In this document: positions 38,546 to 47,200 of the stretch, piece after piece | Position numbering within the stretch: position 1 is the first letter of the stretch | Layout of the letters: every line of letters starts with the position of its first letter | NCBI GenBank assembly: GCA_038897215.1 | Contig: JAWAWX010000001.1 | Location: forward strand, 1,024,001-1,088,000 | Reading direction: 5' to 3' | Origin: Acidilobaceae archaeon | GTDB lineage: Archaea; Thermoproteota; Thermoprotei_A; Sulfolobales; Acidilobaceae | DNA: 64,000 nucleotides | Position numbers and translations under genes: made by a program | The notes under the pieces: model-generated | Told to the model about the DNA's origin: nothing | What the model saw: only the letters and a program-made list of their open reading frames with translations | The model's database searches: none

Positions 38546-39940
38546 GTGGTGCTGAAAGTGGTGTTGTATCGAGGAGAGCTCGAAGGCTTAGACCACGAGT
38601 TCAAAGAATTTCTAACACGCAGACTAGACATAGCCTCCTATGTGTCTACTCTCAGGATACTAGACTACCTCCAGTACACAAACCCCCCCTACGTCCAGAG
38701 GAAGATGGCAGTAGACCTGAGCGAGCCTCAGTCAAGGATATCTCAGCTCGTGGACTCTCTAGAGGAGAGAGGAGTTAGGGTTAGGTTAGACTTCTCCCAC
38801 GTGCCTCTAGGACTCAAACTCCTCATAGTCATCGTAGAGGGGGCCAGAGCTCTAACTAACAGACTTCCGCTCGTCGACTGGGTCTCTGTAGCCTACAGGA
38901 TCTCGAGAGGAGTCCTAGCTGTTTACAGAGCACCCGCTGATAAAGCGAGCGAGATTATAGACATTTTGAGAACCCGAACCACCCTAATAGCTATGAGTAA
39001 GAGCTCAGTAAAAGCAGAGTTCTTCGAAGTAGAGGACGGGCTCCTAGCTAGGCCTAGTCTCGAGTACTGGCTCTACAGAGTCTTCGACGAGTACCCAGGC
39101 TTGGAGAAAGTGAATCCAATCAACGCCTTCGACCTGCTAGAAAGGCATCCTCGCAGAATAGACACCTCCAACTCTCTAGACTTAGAGGAGGACATAGCGT
39201 TCTACCCTGGAGAGCCATACATAGGGTTTAGAGACATCTACGACCTCGTGCTACTATCGCACATGGAGCGTTCAATATTCCACATTAAGTCTCACAACAT
39301 AGATGAAATGCTTCTAAGAACCTTCGGCAAGCCCAAGCTACAAACGCTAGCTCACGAGAAACACGTAGCCAGCTTATCGCGCGGAAGCAGAGTAGTGACA
39401 CACGGAACCGACCCCCAGAGAGGGGTCATGAATCTAGTCTGTATAGCTGAGGGCTCTGAGAGAGCTGTTAGAGAGCTCGCGAGAGACTTGAAGAAGCACC
39501 CGTACGCTTACAGTCTAGCCAAGCTGAAGAATGTGGGGCTCTTCTTCACCATGAGCATGCCCGTAGCGTATGTGAATAGGCTAGCTTTAGAGGTAGAGGA
39601 CAGATATGGGGTAGACGTGACGCACATATATCAAGTCTCGATAGAGGATGTTCTGCTGAGGCAGACGATACCGTTCAGAAACTACGACCAAGCGAATAGA
39701 AGATGGTCTTTCGATAACACTGTCGGAACAGTGCTACTAAACTACCTCAGGGGATTCGTATCGACAAAAGAGAAGATCGAGCGGGACGTGAGAGAGTACA
39801 TTGAGATGGCTAAGAGTAGTTACGGAGAAGACAGGGTTTTAGATGCTGTGAGAGAACTGGGGTTCGACTCGATAAACGACCTGATAGATGAGGTTGAGAG
39901 AGCTAAGAGGAAGAGGAGAGAGATGAAGACACAGAGGTAG
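38546..39940 (+). CDS. hypothetical protein, possible tandem wHTH/Lrp-like regulator
   Basis: N-terminal HTH-like RKMAVDLSEPQSRISQLVDSL followed by DF..LGL linker; apparent second repeat; 464-aa open frame. Confidence 0.55.
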   Translation: MVLKVVLYRGELEGLDHEFKEFLTRRLDIASYVSTLRILDYLQYTNPPYVQRKMAVDLSEPQSRISQLVDSLEERGVRVRLDFSHVPLGLKLLIVIVEGARALTNRLPLVDWVSVAYRISRGVLAVYRAPADKASEIIDILRTRTTLIAMSKSSVKAEFFEVEDGLLARPSLEYWLYRVFDEYPGLEKVNPINAFDLLERHPRRIDTSNSLDLEEDIAFYPGEPYIGFRDIYDLVLLSHMERSIFHIKSHNIDEMLLRTFGKPKLQTLAHEKHVASLSRGSRVVTHGTDPQRGVMNLVCIAEGSERAVRELARDLKKHPYAYSLAKLKNVGLFFTMSMPVAYVNRLALEVEDRYGVDVTHIYQVSIEDVLLRQTIPFRNYDQANRRWSFDNTVGTVLLNYLRGFVSTKEKIERDVREYIEMAKSSYGEDRVLDAVRELGFDSINDLIDEVERAKRKRREMKTQR

Positions 39941-40231
39941 ACCGTAGTGAACAGAGTATCTCGAGGGATCTCAGAAGAGTCGTCAGAAAGCGTCAGCGTG
40001 CCTCGGGTCGCCTTTAAGACCATCGAGCACGGTCATCGCCGGCATGGCGAGGCCATTCTTTGCTCTGATTTGGCGCTATTCGTGCTTCTGTAGAGTCTAT
40101 TTGGTTGGATTATATGTGTTTTAGTTTATGCTATCTGGTTTTCTATTAGTGTAGTTGTCTTGTATCTTTTAGGAGATTCTTAGTGTTACCGCTTTTTAGG
40201 GTGCTTTTCCCTCGCTTCTCGGGGAGCTTGG

Positions 40232-41539
40232 TTGAGAGCTAGAGTGTTTATTGAGACTTATGGGTGTGCTTTGGCTGAGTTCGAGTCTAGCGTTATGGAG
40301 GGTTTGTTGAGAGAGAAGGGGTTTGAGCTAGTGGGGAGTGTTGATTGTGCTGACGTCGTTATCGTTAATACCTGCTCTGTTAGGCTTGATACGGAGCAGA
40401 GGATAGTTAAGAGGATTCTCGAGATTCAGGAGTCTCGCTCGAGCGTCGGGCTGGTTATTGCTGGGTGCTTGGCTAAAAGCAGGCCTGGTCTTGTTGCCAG
40501 AGTTGCTCCTAGAGCTTCTATTCTGGCTCCTCAAGCAGTAGGTAGAGTCGTGGAGGCTGTTGAGGCTACTCTCTCGGGCGGGAGGCTTGTTGTTCTCGAC
40601 TCTGAGAGAGACTTCTGTAGAGTGCCCCCGGTTTCTCCACGGGGGGTTGTTGGCACTGTCATGGTTCAAGAGGGGTGTTTGAATGAGTGTAGCTTCTGTA
40701 TCACTAAGCTAGCTAGACCCAAGCTGGGGAGCTATCCTGTCAGCGTCGTAGTTGAGACTGTTAGGAGGCTTGTGGAGATGGGGGCTGTAGAGGTCAGGCT
40801 TACCGGGATGGATACTGGAGCCTACGGGCTAGACCTTCCGGGCAAGCCTACTCTAGCAGACTTGATTAGAGAGATCCTGGATAAAGTGGTGGGAGACTAC
40901 GTGATCAGAGTCGGGATGATGACCCCGGAGTCTGCTATAGAGATAGTAGACGACCTGGTAGACGCCTACAGAGACCCGAGAGTCTACAAGTACTTCCACA
41001 TACCCGTGCAGAGTGGAGACAACAAGATACTAAGAGCGATGGGGAGAAGGTATAGCGTAGAAGACTACAAGAGCCTCTACGAGAAGATAAGGAGCGCTTA
41101 TCCTGAAGCCATGATTGCAACCGACGTGATAGTAGGGCATCCTGGAGAAGACGAGGAGTCCTTCGAGAAAACTGTAGAGCTAGTCAGAGAGCTGGAGTTC
41201 GATAAAGTCCACATAGCCCAGTATACTCTAAGACCACACACTAGAGCACTAGCACTACCCCAAGTGCCCGATAGCGTGAAGAAAGAGAGGAGCACGAGGC
41301 TAACCAAGATAGTCGAGTCTATATGCTACAAGAAGCTATCGAGATACAGAGGGAGAATCGTAGAAGCTAGAGTAGTCGAGGAAGGCTTCAGAGCCGGGAG
41401 CCTAGTAGCTAGACTCGACAACTACACACCCCTAGTCTTGAGAGGAGGGAGAGAGCTCTTAGGTAAGAGAGTTAGAGCCCTTATCGAGGACAACACGTTC
41501 TTCGACCTCAGAGGCAGAGTCTTAGAGACCCTAGCCTAG
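40232..41539 (+). CDS. mtaB: tRNA t6A37 methylthiotransferase (MtaB/e-MtaB, radical SAM)
   Basis: ETYGC, NTCSV, GC, radical SAM CLNECSFC, HIPVQSG, TDVIVGHPGE, C-terminal TRAM domain. Confidence 0.9.
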   Translation: MRARVFIETYGCALAEFESSVMEGLLREKGFELVGSVDCADVVIVNTCSVRLDTEQRIVKRILEIQESRSSVGLVIAGCLAKSRPGLVARVAPRASILAPQAVGRVVEAVEATLSGGRLVVLDSERDFCRVPPVSPRGVVGTVMVQEGCLNECSFCITKLARPKLGSYPVSVVVETVRRLVEMGAVEVRLTGMDTGAYGLDLPGKPTLADLIREILDKVVGDYVIRVGMMTPESAIEIVDDLVDAYRDPRVYKYFHIPVQSGDNKILRAMGRRYSVEDYKSLYEKIRSAYPEAMIATDVIVGHPGEDEESFEKTVELVRELEFDKVHIAQYTLRPHTRALALPQVPDSVKKERSTRLTKIVESICYKKLSRYRGRIVEARVVEEGFRAGSLVARLDNYTPLVLRGGRELLGKRVRALIEDNTFFDLRGRVLETLA

Positions 41540-41828
41540 AATACGCTCGGAGAGAGGAGAGCCACTCCCTCCCCCCTCTCCGCGTTCTCGCAAAACATGT
41601 ACAAGCTTTAGCTCATCGAAGCCGTGGAGACCGACACTTTGAGCTCTCGCCTACTCAGCCTAGGTGGAGGGCTTCACGTCTTTGGGCTCGATGGCTACAC
41701 GTGAGTCACGCTAGCGCTAAGACTGTAGCGAGTAAAGCAGAAGTCTCTTACGAGAAGACGTCAAAGAGTAGGAGCGAGTACACGGGAGCAGATGGGAGAG
41801 TGTGGAGGGCTCTCGGCTTCTCTTACCT

Positions 41829-41990
41829 CTACTCTTCTTCCTCCTCTTCTTCCCAGAACTCTTCCTCCTCTTCCTCCTCCTCCCAGAACTCTTCTTCTTC
41901 GTCGAACTCCTCCTCTTCTTCTAGCTCCTCTTCCTCCTCCCAGAACTCTTCCTCCTCTTCCTCTTCTTCTACGGGCCTCTTAGGGGGCAT
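41829..41990 (-). CDS. 53-aa poly-glutamate microprotein with Phe-Trp repeats (absent from ORF track)
   Basis: MPPKRPV-E8-FW-E5-L-E5-FD-E4-FW-E8-FW-E7*; GTGAGGAGG RBS and TATATATA box at 42030-42037. Confidence 0.8.
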   Translation of the reverse strand: MPPKRPVEEEEEEEEFWEEEEELEEEEEFDEEEEFWEEEEEEEEFWEEEEEEE

Positions 41991-42142
41991 TTCCTCCTCA
42001 CTCTCGGGTTTCTGGCTTAGAGGTCTAAGTATATATAGTTTCTAGCTAGAGCTCTCCCTCGTAGGGCTAGAGTCTGATTCTGGAGGTTTACGAGTTCAAG
42101 AGGGTTCCATCGATTGCTCTCGATAGGAGAGAGCTCTCCCTC

Positions 42143-42961
42143 TTGCTCGATGCCTGCAGGAGAGGGAGCGGGCTGGTTAGAGTAGACTTGGGTCTTAGAG
42201 AGGCTAGAGTCTCGGAGTCGGGGGGCTTTTGTAGAGTCTCATCGGGTATCTTCGAGGCTTCTGTGAGGCTTGGTGATGTAGAGGAGGCTGTTGAGGAAGC
42301 CGGGGAGAGAGATGTTATCGTGGTGCAGGCTTCAGGAGAGCTGGTGGTAGCTGAGATTAGAGGAGAGCACTACTACAGGCTAGTTTCTCTAGGCGAGACT
42401 GCTCCAACGCTGGAGATCGACGGGATCCACATGCATAGAGTATCCGAGACCACTCCCTGGGCTGATGCCGAGCTCAAAGTGAGACTAGCGGGAGTAAGGA
42501 GAGGCTACAGAGTGCTCGATGTCTGCACGGGTCTAGGCTACACTGCTATACACTCTCTACTCAGAGGAGCTACTAGCGTTACCACGATAGAGGTCGATGA
42601 GAACGTGTTGACTCTAGCAGAGCTAAACCCTTGGAGTGAGCTCCTAGGAGACCCTAGAGTAGTCTTGATTAAAGGAAACGCTGTAGAGGTCGTCGGGGAG
42701 CTCAAGGGAAGCTATCACGTAGTGATACACGACCCCCCGCGGTTCGCGTCCTCCACGGGAGAACTCTACAGCGTGAGCTTTTACAGAGAGCTCTACAGGC
42801 TTCTAGCAAGAGGAGGGAGGCTCTTCCACTATACTGGAGAGCCTGGGAGAGCGAGAGGAGCCCAGTTCCCCTCACGAGTAGCCTCTAAGCTCGAGGAGGC
42901 TGGGTTCAGAGTTCTGAGATACGACTCGAGAGCTCTAGGAGTAGTAGCGGTCAAGCTCTAG
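42143..42961 (+). CDS. predicted SAM-dependent methyltransferase
   Basis: PTLEIDGIHMH, LDVCTGLGYTA, NPWS, HDPPRF, GELYS, HYTG.PG. Confidence 0.85.
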   Translation: MLDACRRGSGLVRVDLGLREARVSESGGFCRVSSGIFEASVRLGDVEEAVEEAGERDVIVVQASGELVVAEIRGEHYYRLVSLGETAPTLEIDGIHMHRVSETTPWADAELKVRLAGVRRGYRVLDVCTGLGYTAIHSLLRGATSVTTIEVDENVLTLAELNPWSELLGDPRVVLIKGNAVEVVGELKGSYHVVIHDPPRFASSTGELYSVSFYRELYRLLARGGRLFHYTGEPGRARGAQFPSRVASKLEEAGFRVLRYDSRALGVVAVKL

Positions 42962-43051
42962 GAGAGTGGAGCGACTGCCCCGGCTACGCTCGAGTAATCA
43001 CAAAACTAAAATATCCGGGCTAGGGGGTAGTATAGAGGGCTGGGCGGAGTA

Positions 43052-43216
43052 ATGCAAGGAGGCTTTGAGATCATCGAGGAGTACGTGAAGCACGGAATGA
43101 GGAGATTCAAGGTGAGAGTAAAGGGGACTAACTTAGTCCTAGACCTTCACGCAGACAACGCTGAAGAAGCTCTCAAGAGAGCCGAGGAGATGGCTAGGAG
43201 AATCATGAGACTCTAG
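43052..43216 (+). CDS. 54-aa small hypothetical protein (absent from ORF track)
   Basis: MQGGFEIIEEYVKHGMRRFKVRVKGTNLVLDLHADNAEEALKRAEEMARRIMRL*; fills the intergenic gap; A-rich promoter-like box upstream. Confidence 0.65.
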   Translation: MQGGFEIIEEYVKHGMRRFKVRVKGTNLVLDLHADNAEEALKRAEEMARRIMRL

Positions 43217-43268
43217 ACGCCCCCTCCCCCGACTTCCCGCTAGTTGTTCAGCAGAGCCGCTCCTAGGC

Positions 43269-43973
43269 TCAGCTAGGCGGCTTTACTGTCTTCTCACCGA
43301 CTATGTAGACTCTACCCGACTCTCTAACCTCTGTCTTGAATACTGGCGCCTCGAACTTGACTCTCTCTAGGGCTTCTGCTAGCGCTGGGATCGCGTTTTT
43401 CCTCGACAGTCCCGCTGTAGCTATCACTATAGTCTTCTCCCCGGGCTTCCTCCTACCCACGTAGTGCAGTATTGCTACACCTCTGAGCCCCCACTTCTCG
43501 CCGACTTCTCTAGCTATCTTCTCTAGAGACTTCTCTAGTAGCTCTTGGGAGTACTCGTAGACCAGCTCTTCTACACGCTCTCCCTCATTCTCGGGCTTGA
43601 CTACTCCTACGAAGACTGCTATAGCTCCGACTCCGAGCTTGCTCAACTCCTCTACTACCGCGTTCAAGTCTACCTCCTCTCCTTCTCTCACTACTCCACT
43701 AACGACTCTCAAGCCTCCTCCCGAGGGTAGAGGCATGAGGTGGACTACGTTACTCCTAGCTACTCCCCCCTTCTCCAGCCTCTCCCCACTCCCATCTAAG
43801 ACCACGAAGGAGTCTCCTAGAGCTTCCAGAACTCTAGCAATACCCTCTATCTTCGAGAGCTCACCCAGGATCTCCTCGAAGCTACCTCTCTCGACCTCAA
43901 CCTCGACCTCAGGCCTTCCCGCCATGTCTCTAAACAGGGAGTAGAGCTTGACTCTAACTCTCAAAGAGCACAC
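43269..43973 (-). CDS. moaE: MoaD-MoaE fusion (molybdopterin synthase)
   Basis: Ubiquitin-like N-domain ending PLPSGG, then GAIAVFVGVV, L.YE, R..A, K..APVFK.E. Confidence 0.9.
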   Translation of the reverse strand: MCSLRVRVKLYSLFRDMAGRPEVEVEVERGSFEEILGELSKIEGIARVLEALGDSFVVLDGSGERLEKGGVARSNVVHLMPLPSGGGLRVVSGVVREGEEVDLNAVVEELSKLGVGAIAVFVGVVKPENEGERVEELVYEYSQELLEKSLEKIAREVGEKWGLRGVAILHYVGRRKPGEKTIVIATAGLSRKNAIPALAEALERVKFEAPVFKTEVRESGRVYIVGEKTVKPPS

Positions 43974-44005
43974 GCTCCCGGAAAGCCGTGTGGGAAGCCG
44001 GGGAC

Positions 44006-44257
44006 TTAAATCCTCTTAGAGGATCTAGACGCACGGCTCTTAGCGAACTCTCCAGCCAAGTCTCTAGCTACTGCTAGACAAGAGTAGTCGAGTCTCTCGA
44101 AGAGGAGCTTGAAGAACCTATAGGCGCAACGAGAGCTATGAAACTCTAGAGTAAAGCCTCCTCTCGCTAATACCACTCCCTGCCCCTCGGGGAAGGGCCG
44201 CCCACACACCACGCATGCCCTCTTGTCTCCCAAGAGAGTAGCACCTCCTAGGAGCAC
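44006..44257 (-). CDS. small TRASH/L24e-like zinc-finger protein
   Basis: CVVCGR.FP.GQG...FHSSRC. Confidence 0.7.
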   Translation of the reverse strand: MLLGGATLLGDKRACVVCGRPFPEGQGVVLARGGFTLEFHSSRCAYRFFKLLFERLDYSCLAVARDLAGEFAKSRASRSSKRI

Positions 44258-44315
44258 GAGTAGAGTATCGGCCTTAAATAAGGGGGGAGAGTGGGGGAGG
44301 AGAGCGTGTATGGAG

Positions 44316-44816
44316 CTATAGCTTCTTGAGGCCCCAGAGCTTCCTGGCTAGCACCTTGACTCCAGCGCTGACCCCGTCTAGTATCTTGGGGTTTAGGAGC
44401 ATCCTGACTCTCTTAGACGGAGGCTTCTGCTTGCTTAGCTCCTCGCTCAAGCTTAGAGCTGAGGCTAGTATTGCTCTAGCCCCGAAGTACTTCTCGGCGA
44501 TCAAGTCCTCGAATAGCTTCTGCCAGACAGTTGGGTCTCTGGCTCTCCTCACCATGACCAGGTAGCCGCCGACTGCTGGGCCTATCTCTGGCTTGAGTCT
44601 GAGCGCCGTCATGGTGGCGGTCTTACTCTCAGCTTCTACTAGCCCGAGCTTCTTCAGAGTATCAGCTACAGTCTTGAAGAGCTCCTGCACACCCCTGCCT
44701 CCTATCTTCACCAAGGTTACCTCTCTAGCCTCTGGTCTCGTTACTCTCAACTGTAGTGAAGGCCCTCTAGCTGTAGTCTTCAAAACTAGCCTGTACTGTC
44801 TGGTTTCTGTACTCAC
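44316..44816 (-). CDS. hypothetical protein
   Basis: 166-aa ORF with GGTGA RBS and ATATTTAA promoter-like box. Confidence 0.7.
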   Translation of the reverse strand: MSTETRQYRLVLKTTARGPSLQLRVTRPEAREVTLVKIGGRGVQELFKTVADTLKKLGLVEAESKTATMTALRLKPEIGPAVGGYLVMVRRARDPTVWQKLFEDLIAEKYFGARAILASALSLSEELSKQKPPSKRVRMLLNPKILDGVSAGVKVLARKLWGLKKL

Positions 44817-44864
44817 CCCGAATCACCAGATCCTAGCTAGTAGGACACGGGCTTAAATATGATT

Positions 44865-45863
44865 TCATAGTCGCTTACTGCTCCTAAGATAAGAGTCCAC
44901 GCTTCTAGCTACTCGAAGCCCGGACTTTATCGCTACACCTATCCTACTAGGTCCGTGCACGGCATCACCGCAAGCGAAGACTCCGGGAATGCTTGTCATC
45001 ATCTTCTCGTCTACTACGAGAGTGCCGTCGCTCCTCCTCTTTAGCTCGAGCTCCGTGGGTAGAGGAGCGGGCTCTAGGCCAATCGCTAGTAGCACGTAGT
45101 CGACCTCTATCTCTATCTTCTCGCTCGTGACCTCAACAGAGCCCGACTCCGTGATTCTAGTCTTAGCTAGCTCCACTACTCTCCCTCTCTCCTCCTCTCG
45201 GAAGCCTACTGGAGTCGTGTACTCTAGGATCCTGACTCCTCTCCTCTCCAGCTCCTCGAGGCTAGCCGCTCCGCTAGGAGCCTCTCTCCTGCTCCTCCTA
45301 TAGCTCAAAGTGATACTCTCCACTCTACTCCTCAGCTCCGGGTAGTCTAGGAGAACTGTCACCACGTCTACAGCAGTATAGCCAGCACCCACTACGAGAA
45401 CTCTGCCCTCGGGCTTGACGAGTCTCCCGAAGGGCTCGTAGCCGAGTCTAGCCAAGTGTACTAGCGAGAGCCACTCTAGAGCTCTCAAAACCCAGCCGCT
45501 CTCCTCTCCTGGAGCGTTCAGCCTCCTAGAGCGCCAGGCTCCCGTAGCTATCACCACGGAGTCGAAGACCTCGACTAGGCTCTCTAGCCTCACATCTCTA
45601 CCTACTCTCGTATTGAACACGAAGAAGACCCCGTTATCCATGAGCTCTCTAACGCCAAGCCTAACAGACCTCTTGTCTACCCTATGGTCAGGTATCCCGA
45701 AGACGAGTATGCCGCCTGCTTCAGGCATAGCCTCGAAGACAGTCACGCTGTGACCCGCGCAAAGCAATCCGCCTGCTGCAGCGAGCCCCGCTGGGCCTCC
45801 CCCCACTATCGCTACACTAAAGTCAGATGGCGGAGCTCTCTCCCTACAGAGCAGGAATCTCAC
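44865..45863 (-). CDS. GltD-like FAD/NAD(P)-dependent oxidoreductase
   Basis: GGGPAGL, FGIP, ATGAW, GAGYTAVD, YRR, FACGDAVHGP; no N-terminal Fe-S domain. Confidence 0.85.
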   Translation of the reverse strand: MRFLLCRERAPPSDFSVAIVGGGPAGLAAAGGLLCAGHSVTVFEAMPEAGGILVFGIPDHRVDKRSVRLGVRELMDNGVFFVFNTRVGRDVRLESLVEVFDSVVIATGAWRSRRLNAPGEESGWVLRALEWLSLVHLARLGYEPFGRLVKPEGRVLVVGAGYTAVDVVTVLLDYPELRSRVESITLSYRRSRREAPSGAASLEELERRGVRILEYTTPVGFREEERGRVVELAKTRITESGSVEVTSEKIEIEVDYVLLAIGLEPAPLPTELELKRRSDGTLVVDEKMMTSIPGVFACGDAVHGPSRIGVAIKSGLRVARSVDSYLRSSKRL

Positions 45864-45939
45864 TCGCGAGCCCTCCCTGGGGGGCTTCTCGACCAGCTTT
45901 TTCTCCTCTACTTTACACTCGGCAATCTCGAGAGTAGCT

Positions 45940-46695
45940 ATGCAGAGATGGCTTGAGTCTTTCTTCCTAGAGAAGAGCTTAGAGAGAGCCGTCTCGGAGA
46001 GTCTAGGCGGTAGGTTTGAGTGCAGGAGGATGAGCTTCCTTGGGAGCGCCTACCTCTGCAAAGACTCTAGTAGGAGCGTTGTAGCCAAGGTCTACGACGC
46101 TCTCTCTACCCTCAAGTGGGTTTTAGCGATTCTACTCTCGAGACCCGCTATAGGCTATAGAGTCCTCCCCGTTGAGAGACTCGCCTCCGAGCTAGCTTAC
46201 TCTCGGAGGCTAGAGAGGTGCGTGAAGACATTCAAGGCTATCGGGGTAGTCGAGGTATCGGGCTACTACACTCTACTAAGAGACTACCTGCCGGGAGCGC
46301 CTCTACTCGAGAGGAGAGAGCCTAGAGCCTGGAGACTTCTAGGAGAGACTCTAGCCAGGATCCACGGGGGAGGCGTAGCTCTAGGAGACGCCAACCCCGG
46401 AAACTTCATCCTCTCAGAGGGAGAAGTAGCGGTCGTAGACCTAGAGCAGGCGAGAGAGATGGAGGAAAGCCTAGCAGCCTGGGACCTCGTTACTCTACTC
46501 ATACACAGCCAGGTTAGAGGCGTCTCCCTCTCTCTGATAGTAGAAACCCTGGAGGGCTACGCTGAAGACGGGGAAGCGCTCCGTAGAGCGAGAAGAGAGC
46601 TCAGAAACCCCCGAGTCTGGACTCCCTACATGCTCGTAGCTCAACCACTAATACCTCACGCTCTGCTAGCTCTCAGAAGAGCAGGATACCTCTAG
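45940..46695 (+). CDS. atypical protein-kinase-like (RIO/Bud32/KDO-like) protein
   Basis: VVAK, LARIH..LGDANPGNFIL, VVDLEQA, WDL. Confidence 0.7.
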   Translation: MQRWLESFFLEKSLERAVSESLGGRFECRRMSFLGSAYLCKDSSRSVVAKVYDALSTLKWVLAILLSRPAIGYRVLPVERLASELAYSRRLERCVKTFKAIGVVEVSGYYTLLRDYLPGAPLLERREPRAWRLLGETLARIHGGGVALGDANPGNFILSEGEVAVVDLEQAREMEESLAAWDLVTLLIHSQVRGVSLSLIVETLEGYAEDGEALRRARRELRNPRVWTPYMLVAQPLIPHALLALRRAGYL

Positions 46696-46719
46696 CCTCC
46701 CTCGGGGGAGAGGTAGCCC

Positions 46720-47133
46720 ATGCCTCTACTCGTTCTCAGAGAAGACGGTAGAGTTTCTAGAGCAAAGCTGGAGGACTACGAGGAAGCAGTGTATGCTCTA
46801 GTCCAGCTCCTCGAGCCAGGAGCTCTCACCACCTACGGGTGTCTGGGGAGAGCTCTGAGAGTTAGCGCTAGACTCGTGGGGAGAGCTCTCTCGAGAAACA
46901 AGAGCCCTATAGTCATCCCCTGCCATAGAGTCGTGGGTAGGAAGAGTCCCGGAGGCTACAGTCTAAGCGTTTCTCTCAAGAAGAGACTCCTAGCTCTAGA
47001 AGGCTTGAGAGACGAGAGAGCTATTGCTAGAGCTCTTATCGAATGCAGAGACTTCGATGAGTTCCTCTCGAGTCTAAGAGAGCTCTCTAAGAGAACTGGA
47101 GCCGTCTTCCCCCTCGAGCTCGCGAGCGATTAG
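46720..47133 (+). CDS. ogt: methylated-DNA--protein-cysteine methyltransferase (MGMT/Ogt domain)
   Basis: TTYG, ARLVGRAL..N, IPCHRVV, K..LL.LEG. Confidence 0.9.
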   Translation: MPLLVLREDGRVSRAKLEDYEEAVYALVQLLEPGALTTYGCLGRALRVSARLVGRALSRNKSPIVIPCHRVVGRKSPGGYSLSVSLKKRLLALEGLRDERAIARALIECRDFDEFLSSLRELSKRTGAVFPLELASD

Positions 47134-47200
47134 CCAGCGTGAGTGATGCTAAGACTCTAGAGATATGGGGAGAAGGAGCGTGTGCGCTACGAGAGGCTGG

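Noticed and set aside
41701-42045. Poly-Ser ORF (114 aa) and overlapping Pro/Leu-rich ORF on the plus strand
   Set aside because: Antisense shadows of the Glu-rich minus-strand gene, which is the frame with an RBS and TATA box
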